Part shown: positions 8,638 to 17,553 of the stretch, one piece after another | How positions within the stretch are numbered: the first letter of the stretch is position 1 | How the letters are laid out: each line of letters begins with the position of its first letter | From: an uncultured Clostridia bacterium | GTDB taxonomy: Bacteria > CAYTYR01 > UBA6262 | Direction: 5' to 3' | DNA length: 20,000 bases | Assembly: GCA_964441745.1 (NCBI GenBank) | Contig: CAYTYR010000013.1 | Span: 55,209 to 75,208, forward strand | Program-made: the position numbers and the translations under genes | The notes under the pieces: generated by a model | What the model was told of the DNA's origin: nothing | What the model saw: only the letters and a program-made list of their open reading frames with translations | Databases searched by the model: none

Positions 8638-9917
8638 TGTTTATTGCCGATCATTGCTTCAGCCGACGAGATCTGGGCCAAACGCTGTCCGGCCTGTTTA
8701 GCTGTCTTATTGACCGGATTGATCATCATGGCTTTCTGATAACTGTCTTTGGCCTTTTCCATGTCCCCGGCACCCTCACAAGCCAGTCCCAGAAAATATA
8801 AACCCATTATTCTATCATCGTCCTGCGGCACGCCGAGTTCCAGTCCCTGGCTGAGGTTCTTTTTCGCCTCGACATAATTAGCCATTCTGTATTTGGCCAT
8901 GCCCAGGATAAGATAAGAGAATCCCTGCTTTTTGTCCAGGTCTACTGCTTTCTGGGCGAAATTCTCCGCCAGTTCCAGTTCCTTATTGTTCATGATCCTA
9001 ATATAAGCCAAGGAGCGTAAAACCGCTATATTCTCCGGATCCTGGCCTATTATCGCGTAGAGAGTTTTGTCTGCTTCGGCCATTTTATTCTGCCGCAGGT
9101 AGGCGGTAGCCAGTGAAAAATTAACATCGTTAACCAATGCGCTCTTCGGGTATTTTACCAGCCAGGCGCTGAATTCTCGTTCCGCTTGGGCATAATTCCT
9201 GAGATAAGAAGAAAGTAAAGCCATCTTGTAATCAAGCATATCTTCTTGGATCAGTTCAGCCGGTGGATTAGTGGCCCGCAGGTCAAAATATATCTTCTTG
9301 GCCAAGTCGTAGTTCCCTACGAATACCAGGTTTTCCGCCATCAAGTATCTGGCCTTAACCAGGATGACCGGATCTTTGGTTTTTTCAATGGTCTTTCCTG
9401 CTGCCGTGATCGTGCGCACAGGGTCATGTTGCTCATTGTAATATTCCGTCAGGAACCAATGCACCTGGTCCCATTGCACGTCGTCCAAGCCGGGATAGCG
9501 TGAAATAAGCTCCTCATACACCCCCGCGGCTTTTTGCCTTTCACCTAATTCCTGGTAGACCGTTCCCACTAAATAAAGCGTTTTACCGCGTCTCTTGCTC
9601 TCCGGGTAATTCTTGATCAAGGTGGAGAAAGCGGCCAAAGCCAGTTTAAGACGGTTTTCCTTATATTGCTGCCCTTCCATCACCGCGAGAACGATATGAT
9701 TGCCTCCCAGCAGGAAAAGCGATTCCGCGGCGTAAGGGGTCTGAGGAAAATACTTTACCACCTGTTCATATTTAACGTTCGCCTCCTGCAGGCGGGTCTG
9801 CTCTTGTGCCGTTTCTGCCTCCGCGAATAGCTGTTGTACGGTTACATTCTTGTCTATTTTAGGCCGGCAAGCCAAAGTTAAGAGCAATAGTATAAAAATT
9901 GCCATTCTTTTCTTCAC
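8634..9917 (-). CDS. TPR-repeat lipoprotein (BamD/CpoB-like TPRs)
   Basis: GTG start, signal peptide with lipobox LTLA-C, repeated TPRs ending YP.S/T (VVKYFPQTPYA, IKNYPESKR, LVKYPKSAL); ATGA overlap with dnaE. Confidence 0.85.
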   Translation of the reverse strand: MKKRMAIFILLLLTLACRPKIDKNVTVQQLFAEAETAQEQTRLQEANVKYEQVVKYFPQTPYAAESLFLLGGNHIVLAVMEGQQYKENRLKLALAAFSTLIKNYPESKRRGKTLYLVGTVYQELGERQKAAGVYEELISRYPGLDDVQWDQVHWFLTEYYNEQHDPVRTITAAGKTIEKTKDPVILVKARYLMAENLVFVGNYDLAKKIYFDLRATNPPAELIQEDMLDYKMALLSSYLRNYAQAEREFSAWLVKYPKSALVNDVNFSLATAYLRQNKMAEADKTLYAIIGQDPENIAVLRSLAYIRIMNNKELELAENFAQKAVDLDKKQGFSYLILGMAKYRMANYVEAKKNLSQGLELGVPQDDDRIMGLYFLGLACEGAGDMEKAKDSYQKAMMINPVNKTAKQAGQRLAQISSAEAMIGNKQ

Positions 9918-9954
9918 GGTGTTTCCTTTCCCAAGAGATAAATTTACCTTTTAT

Positions 9955-9983
9955 ATAATAATAGCTCTACCGGGATTTGTCAA
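9955..9983 (-). promoter_or_regulatory. Sigma70-type promoter for the TPR lipoprotein-dnaE unit
   Basis: TTGACA (9978-9983), 17 bp, TATTAT (9955-9960). Confidence 0.75.
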
Positions 9984-10026
9984 GGATAAAGGGCCGGGGT
10001 AGTGGGTAGCACCATTAAATCCTGAC

Positions 10027-10068
10027 AAAAAAAACATCAGGGAAAGGATCATTGCCCCTAATGTTTTT
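10027..10068 (-). terminator. Intrinsic terminator closing the three-gene secreted-protein unit
   Basis: Minus strand AAAAACATTAGGG...CCCTGATGTTTTTTTT, about 35 nt after the stop at 10102. Confidence 0.75.
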
Positions 10069-10101
10069 AAGTCGAGCGCTCTGGCCGGTAACTATTATAT
10101 C

Positions 10102-11268
10102 TTACGGCGCAGTTGTACTGTGGGTCCAGGTAACGCCAGTACCGCTTAAGCTCATATATTTGTACCGTATCGTGCCGCCATCGTTATATTGAATAACTAT
10201 TTTATCCGCTTTCATATAAATTTTACATTCACTGCCGCTGGCAGGAGTTCCGGCGGGAGTGGAAGTGTCTTCAGTCAGACTAATGGCATTGGCGCTCCCA
10301 CCCAGGGAAAGAGTGGCCGAAGGGCTAGTCGTGCCTATACCAACATAGCCGTTTGAACTTAAGCGCATCAATTCCGTGGCAGGTTCGGTAGTATCCACTC
10401 CATATTTAAATATTAAAGAACCTACCGGGTTAGCCGAACCAGCCGCCGCTGATAAATATATGCTCCAGCATAAATATTTGCTGGTGCTATCGCTGCTTTT
10501 CCAACCCTTCCCTTTAAAATACAGATAGGGAGAAAATTGGTCATAAGAAGAAGTGGCGTCGGCATCGTTACCCAATGAAAAAGCTTCATTTTCAGTTTCT
10601 CGCGCATCGTATGCCGCAAACCGTACCGGATTCTCAAATTGAGCGGCAGAATCCATACATTGCACCTGTTCCCAATCTCCCGCTCCCCTTCTCAAATAAA
10701 ATCTTAAAGTCGGGTTATCCCAGGTTGTAGGATCATTAACAATGCGCCATTCCACTAACTGGTCAGTTGAGCCATTCCAGCCGTGTCCTGATAAATTAAG
10801 CGCCGGAGCGTATTGCCGTACACTGGAAGTGGCAGTACCAGCGTTTTTTAATACCAGTCCATCAGTGATAGTGTTGCCGGTATTGTCATTTCTGACTTCC
10901 AAAGGACTACCAGGGGTAATGGTACCGATACCCACGTTACCGGAACTATTTATAACCAGCCGCGCGGTAGCAGCCGTATTATCCCAGATAGCAAAATTTC
11001 CCTGCCCTATGCCTGCGTTGCCTCCGCCTGAATCCAACCAATACTCCCTTCCTCCGGCAGCAGTGCTTTTCAACGACATAGCGGCATTATTACCCGTACT
11101 TAGCACACCCATCTGCGCATCGGTAAAAGCACCGTATAATTGCAGTCTTTGCGTCGGAGTACCCGTGCCAATCCCTAAATTACCATTTATGATCATATCA
11201 CCAGCCGCAAACAAACTTACTGCGCTGCTCAATAAAACTACTATCGTAAAGATCCCCAGTCGTTTCAT
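10102..11268 (-). CDS. Secreted fibre-like protein with GxxGIGT repeats (tail-fibre/adhesin-like), 388 aa
   Basis: Sec-type signal peptide (MKRLGIFTIVVLLSSAVSLFA); GNLGIGTGTP, GNVGIGTITP and GYVGIGTTSP motifs; SD AAGGAAG. Confidence 0.8.
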   Translation of the reverse strand: MKRLGIFTIVVLLSSAVSLFAAGDMIINGNLGIGTGTPTQRLQLYGAFTDAQMGVLSTGNNAAMSLKSTAAGGREYWLDSGGGNAGIGQGNFAIWDNTAATARLVINSSGNVGIGTITPGSPLEVRNDNTGNTITDGLVLKNAGTATSSVRQYAPALNLSGHGWNGSTDQLVEWRIVNDPTTWDNPTLRFYLRRGAGDWEQVQCMDSAAQFENPVRFAAYDARETENEAFSLGNDADATSSYDQFSPYLYFKGKGWKSSDSTSKYLCWSIYLSAAAGSANPVGSLIFKYGVDTTEPATELMRLSSNGYVGIGTTSPSATLSLGGSANAISLTEDTSTPAGTPASGSECKIYMKADKIVIQYNDGGTIRYKYMSLSGTGVTWTHSTTAP

Positions 11269-11329
11269 CTCTGCTTCCTTTCTTGATATTTATTTCGTTT
11301 TCCTGTCTATTCTACCTGACTATTCTTAT

Positions 11330-12055
11330 TTAGAAAGTGCTCAGAGCCGCTCTCTTCCAGCCGCTGCCGGTCTTGATATAAACATAGCTGGCATCCCAGG
11401 CCATATCACCGGTATTCCCATTAGTATCGCTGGTGCTGGACGGTGTGTAGCTGGTTCTCATTCTCAGTTGGTTATAGCCGGTAGCGCCGTACACATCCAG
11501 CCTGCCGGTCGGAGAATCCGTGCCGATACCGACGTTGCCGCTGCTTTCACGCAGCACTATGCCTGTACTGGCTTGGTAGGTACCGATCACGATCCCGGTG
11601 CCCTTGATGCATTCTATGAAGTGGTTGGAATCGCCAAAGGTTACCTTGGCGATATCGCCGGAATTCACAAAATTGCCGGCGCCGTTAATAAAAATATTAC
11701 CATCATAAATCTGCAGTTTATCGCAGGGAGAAGAAGTGCCGATACCGACGTAACCGGTGGATTCCCTCAAAACGATACCGTCGCTGGCATTCCAGGTGCC
11801 TAATTTCACTCCTGTGCCCCTGAGAGCTTTGACGAAATGATTCGTGTCGCCCATGATGAAAATAGCCTCATCGCCGTTATTGGTAAAATTCCCGCTGCCT
11901 TTTACCAGGACATTTCCGCCCCGCACTTCCAGTTTTTGGCTCGGAGTGCCGGTACCGACGCCGAGAGTACCGTCAACCGCCAGATCCCCGGCCGCGAACA
12001 GGTTCAAGGCGTTAAAGAGCAAACACATTGTCAAAACTAGAATTAGTTTCTTCAT
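11330..12055 (-). CDS. Secreted fibre-like protein with GxxGIGT repeats and a 72-aa tandem duplication, 241 aa
   Basis: Signal peptide (MKKLILVLTMCLLFNALNLFA); GTLGVGTGTP, GYVGIGTSSP and GNVGIGTDSP at 72-aa spacing; C-terminal GDMAWDASYVYIKTGSGWKRAAL; SD AAGGAGG. Confidence 0.82.
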   Translation of the reverse strand: MKKLILVLTMCLLFNALNLFAAGDLAVDGTLGVGTGTPSQKLEVRGGNVLVKGSGNFTNNGDEAIFIMGDTNHFVKALRGTGVKLGTWNASDGIVLRESTGYVGIGTSSPCDKLQIYDGNIFINGAGNFVNSGDIAKVTFGDSNHFIECIKGTGIVIGTYQASTGIVLRESSGNVGIGTDSPTGRLDVYGATGYNQLRMRTSYTPSSTSDTNGNTGDMAWDASYVYIKTGSGWKRAALSTF

Positions 12056-12089
12056 CTTATCCTCCTTTATTAAATTTTATTGCATCCCT

Positions 12090-15000
12090 TTATTTCATCT
12101 CAAACTTGCCGCTATTAACATTGATCGTTCCCAAACCGGCATTAAAGGTACCGAACATATAAGTTGTGCCGGTATTGGTGCTCCAATCAGCGCTATAACC
12201 GCCCTGCAGGTTCACCGTGATGGCCCGGTTGCAATTCAATCCTTCATAAAAATCCGTAGCCAAACACTGAATGGTAGCGCCATCAGCCGCGGCGGCATAG
12301 GCGGCAGAAATTGTATTATAATACGTGCTGCCTATGCGGACCTTGACCGCGTTGTTTTGCGCTCCCGGAGTACCATAGATTTCAAATTCCCAGAGCGAAT
12401 GGCTGTAGCCGCCATTCCGATGCAGACCATACATTCTCCAATATCTGGCACTGATGTTTGGTATCGGTATCATATGCGTCGCTCCGGTGCCTTTATCCGT
12501 ATAGAAGGCATCTGTCCAATCAGTATCATTGTTAGAGTACTGTATTTTGTACTCATCATCCCAAACGCTAGACCCGCCGCCTTCCCATTTCAGCACGATC
12601 TCTGTTACCGTCGCAGCAGCGCCCAAGTCGATCCTGATCCATTCCGGATCACTTTGGTTACTGGTCCAGCGGGTACTGGCATCACCGTCGATCGCCCGGC
12701 CAGGTTCAACACCGTAAGCCAGGGTACTGGAGGCGGTCGCTGTCTTATTCAGCGACAAGTTCGTCAAAGCGGCCGGCATGGCGGTGTTACCGTAGAAATT
12801 CACCCGGTTCTCGGCAATATAGGTCCAGGCAGTGGCGCAGACAGAGAGGGAATCATCTCTCTCTTCATCATCACCCCATCCCGGGCCGCTCTTGGTGGTT
12901 ATCATATTACCTGGCCAGGAATAAGGAACGCCCTTGACCCCGCTGCCAAACGTATAAGCAACCTGCTCGTTGGCGCTCAGGGCATTCATAGCTACGTAAT
13001 TATCATTAATATACTGTGCCGCGTGCGCCAGTTGGCCGATGCCTTCCGGCCAGATATACCCGCCGAAATCATCGCCAATTTCTTCACTTTCAATATCATT
13101 ATTACCATTATCCCAATACCCCATAGAAGTTAGGACATCATACCCATAGATATCAAAGTCCCAGAGTGAGTGTGCCCAACCACCTGCCCGGTGTATTCCA
13201 TACATTCTCCAATACCTGGCAGTAATAGGATAGGTGCTCATATCTATGGTATGCACTTGTCCAGTGCCGGCACCCTCCGCAAAGGCAGTACTCCAGTTGA
13301 CATTATTGCTTGAATACTCGATACGGTACTGGTCATCAAACGTGCTGCTATTATCCCAATTAAGCACGATCTTCCAAACCTTCATCGGACGATACAGGTC
13401 AGCACTGATCCATTCAGGATCATTATAAGCGCTGGCCCAGCGGGTACTCGAATTGCCGTCAAAAGCCTTAGTTGCTTCAAATCCGGCAAATGGCTGGCTG
13501 GAAGCTGCAGATGTCTTTCTTAAAGCCATATTATAAGTACTGCTCTTTTTATCTACTGTACACGTAAATACAGAGGTCGAGAAAGCCACGCAAGCCTTGG
13601 CATTAGTTGAGCTGGCATCTCCTGCTTGCAGCCAATACAAAGCTCCCCATGTGCCCAGGTCAGCGGCCTTGAACCAGTCTAACTGTCCACGTAAAAATAC
13701 TTTTTCGCGAGCCCAACTGGCCGGTGCAGTCCAGGTGGAAGAAGACCAGGGCATTTCGTATTGCCAATCATCTACTTTACCGTCATTATCATTGTCACTG
13801 CTGAGTTTGGTCATTCCCGGTGGTATCCTGGTGAAATTATCAGAATCACCCCACACACAGTTCTTGAGGAAGTAATCCACGCCCAGGTGTTTTATTCCTT
13901 TGTCTCTCCAGATAGTCGGACTCTGGTTCTTGGCTTCCACATCATCATCATAAGTAGACAATGGATTGCCGCCGACTTCATATTTAATACTGTCAAGATA
14001 GAAAGTCACGGTGCTGGCATTGTTCGGTACAGTGAAGTAGAACAAGCCGTTAATATGGCTCATGTCTTTGCCTGACAGGTTGATCTTGATATTGGTCCAG
14101 GTATTGGTGCTGGTCAGGTTGTAATAGTTATGTACATAAGAAGAATCTCCTGCACCTGAATTATATCCGTACCCAAATTCAATATTATTGATATTGCTTT
14201 CCGATCTTACCCAGAAGGACAGGTAGGTAGAACTGCTCAGGTTAGCCCCTATCCCTTCGCCAGAAGCCCAGTGGTCGTCTTCGTTCGGGCTCCAACCCAA
14301 CTGCTGTACAAAGATGCCCGCGTAATACCCAGGGGTTTTATTGATCTTCAGGCAATAATAACCATAGTAAGGACTACTGGTATTTATCTTATCCATGGTT
14401 AATGTGCTGGTACTGCCCAGGTATCCGAACCAGCCTGACCATATTCCTTCGTTGTTCCGCCCTTCACGGTATATTGTCCTCTTTCCTTCCACTCCTTCGT
14501 CGTTATAGCCGAATAAGCGCGGTTCATAATGGATCTCATCCATATATATAGTACCGGCAGTAGAAGTGATCTTAGTTCCCAATAAACCATTGATATGTGA
14601 CAGGTCTAATGTGCTTACGTCTATACTATACTTGGACCAGACAGACGTTACCGTAGTAGAGAAGCTGATGGTCGCTGAATCCGAGGTATTGGCACCGCTC
14701 GAGATACCGACCAGGTAAGTGACATTGACACTCGGGGTATTGGTATCAGCCTTAGCCCAGAACGTCAGGCTGGTCGAGCCGTTCAGGCTCATGCCTTGCC
14801 CGATCCCGGAAATCATGCCGTTGAATGGACCCCAATCTATATTCTTGGTCAGCCAGACACCGCCATAAGTCTCGGTATTGTCCTTAGTCATCTTAATGCA
14901 TTTCGTATATGCTTGCGGTGCGGTAGAATAATTCATGTCGAATGTTGTTATGCTCTTGCCGGGAGCAGTAGCATCTGAGCCGAACTTGTTATGGGGATTA

Positions 15001-17444
15001 TTAAAATGTCCTGCTTCACCGGTATAGTTCTCGCTATAAACTGTGTTGGACCCGTACGGATCATGCGTCGCGTATACAGGATCCAAGCCCGGTGTAAAGA
15101 ACCAGGTGAAAGCATTTTGTATTATACTCGCGTGCGCGATCATCATCTGCTCATAACCATTTTCATACGGACTATAGCGATAACCATTGACCGAGTTATG
15201 ATTGACTATGTTCCAGAAGGTACTGAACATATCGCCGGCAAAGTATACCGCCTTGCCCACGTTAGTGGTGCTGGTAGAAGGTTTGTTGAAATACAGGAAT
15301 TCCTGTGTCTTGGCCGGGTCATAAATGTAAGTCCCGGATGAATAAGTGATCCCCGTTGTATCTACCTTGGCCCTCAACATAGTGATAAAACCATAATCAT
15401 TAGCGCCATAATAGGTGGGCATTTTAGCATAGGTATCACAGGTAATAGAGGTACCGGTGTTGGTCCCTCTTTCGGTGTTGGTATCGGCGGCGTGCCAGAG
15501 ATCAGGAGTATAGCCGCCGTTCAAAGCATGCCATGAGTCACCGATGTCCATCAGGTAATAGGTGAGCCGTGAACGCTTATAGTCTGGATGTGCCCAGATC
15601 AACATATCATCATAAGGAGGAGCAGCAGTAAAGCCGAACAGCATATTACCTGCGCCTTCTTCCCAATTGTCCGCTTCCGGCGGATCATCGCAATCCTCGG
15701 CATCCGGCATACCATTAAAATTGGAGTCTATCTTCCAGGAAGAATTGTCCCGTCCGTCTTTAAAGACTTTATCTACGACAATATTCCGGCAGGAAAACTT
15801 GATCGGATGGGTCGCGTCGCCGACTGCCTGGGTTGATCCCATGCTGACGCCAAAAGGATTATTGGTGCTGCCTATGCCTACGCCAGTCCGACAGGTGCCG
15901 AAAACACTGCCGCCACCAGTGGCAAAGTTATTGATCTGTGTTCTTACATTTGAATACAATGAAGTCCAGGGTGTTTCCGGCAGGATCAATACTTTCACAT
16001 TACTCAGGTCGATAGTAGTAGACGAGGTGGAAATACCATAGATGCTGTGCGGAATGGCCAGGAACTTAAGCATGTAGTCAGCGCCGTTGACTGCGTTATC
16101 ATCCTGGCTGGAATTACTGACACTCAAGATCTTTATATCGGTAGTAGCCAGGGTCAGGTTACCCTCGGTCACTGTTTTATACCTATTCCAATGTTCCGCG
16201 TCCACTTTACCATCATTATATAAATGATTGATCCAGTTCCAGACGAACATCCAGTCAAAATTATGCTCAGTGGAAATCGCGGTTATTTCCTGGGATCCGT
16301 AATAGCCATAATGAATACCGCCATTGAAGGATTGCAGGTTATCCGCGATCAGGTCCAATACCGGGTAAATACTTTGTAAATACTGGGTATCACCGGTCTG
16401 GTGCGTATAATAACATACGGCCAGGGCCAGCCATAGGTTATCGCCCATGGTACTGGCATATTCTTTCTGCTTAGATTCATCTTTTTGCCACATACTGGAA
16501 TAACTTACCAGGGCATCCTGTTCATACTGCTCGGCATTACCGCCAGTACCGACACTGGCCACATGATCCACATTGTACCATTGGTTATACCAGCGATACG
16601 GGTTGTATAAACGGTAATAATAGCCTTTTTCTAAATAAGGCGAGAAAGTTATGGTGTCTGTATCATTATCATCGCTATACTCGCTTACGCGCACATTATC
16701 GATATAGTCATCCACTCCTGCCCAGGAAGGGTCATCAGGATTATTCAGCCACAGACCGAACTCATGTCCCGGTGAAAGGCGCGGATACCCGGTAACGCGG
16801 GTGTCAACGTCCGCGTCGAAATTACCATCATTGGGATTACTGTCTTTCCAGACGTCAAAAGCGTAACCCTGCAGGCCAGCCGGTAATCCTTGCCGGGTTT
16901 CGCCCTGGTCATAGGTAGACGCGCCAATGTGCTTGGAAGCTGAGGTCGCATCATCGATTCGGATAAAAATACTATCTTTTAGTCCGTTCATGATCTTTTG
17001 CGCTTTAGCTGTTTCACCCGCATGGGTCAGAGCAATGATCGCCATGGCATTATCATATAAGGAAGAGGCATTGCCTAATCCGTCTTCGTATCCATCAGCC
17101 GATCCACCCTGTTCATTGTTACAGTCACTCATGACCCGGTACCAACTACCATTATAATATACCTTATTATTATCCAGCGCATATTGGGCACCGGTGGAAG
17201 TGCGGGTAGTGTAATCAGTCCCTGGTGAACAATTGGGATCATAAAAACTACGCTCCAACGCGGTACTAACCGATCCTCCAGAGCCATCCTGCAGTGATTG
17301 CTCCACAAAAATGTTCGGACTCGAAGTACTCTTCAGGTAATCCAAATACGGATCCGCGATAACCGCGATCTTGGAAGCAAATACCAAGCCAAGCGTGACC
17401 AAGGAAAAAATCAATAAACCGGCCAAAGTGCGTTTGCTTTTCAT
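12090..17444 (-). CDS. Large secreted multidomain carbohydrate-active-like protein: putative (alpha/alpha)6 glycosidase-like scaffold, GATase-like domain, two CBM-like repeats, two F5/8 type C (discoidin/CBM32) domains and a C-terminal domain
   Basis: N-terminal hydrophobic signal; two clear F5/8C domains (AFDGNSSTRWAS..DPEWI..DL and AIDGDASTRWTS..DPEWIRIDLG, each ending SLW.F.IYG); paired repeats with L.FW....D.SHINGL...Y.D.I.YE; helical motifs YDNAMAIIAL, GDNLWLALA..TGDTQYL, STEHNFD, WPEGIGQLA and ATAW. Confidence 0.75.
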   Translation of the reverse strand: MKSKRTLAGLLIFSLVTLGLVFASKIAVIADPYLDYLKSTSSPNIFVEQSLQDGSGGSVSTALERSFYDPNCSPGTDYTTRTSTGAQYALDNNKVYYNGSWYRVMSDCNNEQGGSADGYEDGLGNASSLYDNAMAIIALTHAGETAKAQKIMNGLKDSIFIRIDDATSASKHIGASTYDQGETRQGLPAGLQGYAFDVWKDSNPNDGNFDADVDTRVTGYPRLSPGHEFGLWLNNPDDPSWAGVDDYIDNVRVSEYSDDNDTDTITFSPYLEKGYYYRLYNPYRWYNQWYNVDHVASVGTGGNAEQYEQDALVSYSSMWQKDESKQKEYASTMGDNLWLALAVCYYTHQTGDTQYLQSIYPVLDLIADNLQSFNGGIHYGYYGSQEITAISTEHNFDWMFVWNWINHLYNDGKVDAEHWNRYKTVTEGNLTLATTDIKILSVSNSSQDDNAVNGADYMLKFLAIPHSIYGISTSSTTIDLSNVKVLILPETPWTSLYSNVRTQINNFATGGGSVFGTCRTGVGIGSTNNPFGVSMGSTQAVGDATHPIKFSCRNIVVDKVFKDGRDNSSWKIDSNFNGMPDAEDCDDPPEADNWEEGAGNMLFGFTAAPPYDDMLIWAHPDYKRSRLTYYLMDIGDSWHALNGGYTPDLWHAADTNTERGTNTGTSITCDTYAKMPTYYGANDYGFITMLRAKVDTTGITYSSGTYIYDPAKTQEFLYFNKPSTSTTNVGKAVYFAGDMFSTFWNIVNHNSVNGYRYSPYENGYEQMMIAHASIIQNAFTWFFTPGLDPVYATHDPYGSNTVYSENYTGEAGHFNNPHNKFGSDATAPGKSITTFDMNYSTAPQAYTKCIKMTKDNTETYGGVWLTKNIDWGPFNGMISGIGQGMSLNGSTSLTFWAKADTNTPSVNVTYLVGISSGANTSDSATISFSTTVTSVWSKYSIDVSTLDLSHINGLLGTKITSTAGTIYMDEIHYEPRLFGYNDEGVEGKRTIYREGRNNEGIWSGWFGYLGSTSTLTMDKINTSSPYYGYYCLKINKTPGYYAGIFVQQLGWSPNEDDHWASGEGIGANLSSSTYLSFWVRSESNINNIEFGYGYNSGAGDSSYVHNYYNLTSTNTWTNIKINLSGKDMSHINGLFYFTVPNNASTVTFYLDSIKYEVGGNPLSTYDDDVEAKNQSPTIWRDKGIKHLGVDYFLKNCVWGDSDNFTRIPPGMTKLSSDNDNDGKVDDWQYEMPWSSSTWTAPASWAREKVFLRGQLDWFKAADLGTWGALYWLQAGDASSTNAKACVAFSTSVFTCTVDKKSSTYNMALRKTSAASSQPFAGFEATKAFDGNSSTRWASAYNDPEWISADLYRPMKVWKIVLNWDNSSTFDDQYRIEYSSNNVNWSTAFAEGAGTGQVHTIDMSTYPITARYWRMYGIHRAGGWAHSLWDFDIYGYDVLTSMGYWDNGNNDIESEEIGDDFGGYIWPEGIGQLAHAAQYINDNYVAMNALSANEQVAYTFGSGVKGVPYSWPGNMITTKSGPGWGDDEERDDSLSVCATAWTYIAENRVNFYGNTAMPAALTNLSLNKTATASSTLAYGVEPGRAIDGDASTRWTSNQSDPEWIRIDLGAAATVTEIVLKWEGGGSSVWDDEYKIQYSNNDTDWTDAFYTDKGTGATHMIPIPNISARYWRMYGLHRNGGYSHSLWEFEIYGTPGAQNNAVKVRIGSTYYNTISAAYAAAADGATIQCLATDFYEGLNCNRAITVNLQGGYSADWSTNTGTTYMFGTFNAGLGTINVNSGKFEMK

Positions 17445-17478
17445 AAGGTGTCCCCTCTCTAAAGATTATTTTTCCCCC

Positions 17479-17520
17479 AAAAAAAAAGCTGACAAATAAC
17501 CAAATTAGTTATTTGACAGC
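17479..17520 (-). terminator. Intrinsic terminator within the 5' leader of the large gene (putative attenuator)
   Basis: Minus strand GCTGTCAAATAAC-TAATTTG-GTTATTTGTCAGC followed by T9; 12 of 13 pairs; ends 34 nt before the ATG at 17444. Confidence 0.8.
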
Positions 17521-17553
17521 ATTAAGCGCGTAAAAACCTATATATATGTTTTC

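Noticed and set aside
10742-11803. 353-aa plus-strand ORF spanning both fibre genes
   Set aside because: Antisense shadow of well-supported minus-strand genes; no recognisable motif or SD
11540-11971. Diversity-generating retroelement TR/VR pair
   Set aside because: The duplication is in-frame within one gene, diverged at all base types rather than only at adenines, and no reverse transcriptase is present
10102-12055. Prophage or tailocin interpretation of the fibre genes
   Set aside because: Both have Sec signal peptides, and there are no capsid, tail tube/sheath, integrase or lysis genes in the window
11844-13133. 429-aa plus-strand ORF
   Set aside because: Antisense to the F5/8C region and the 241-aa gene; no protein-like features
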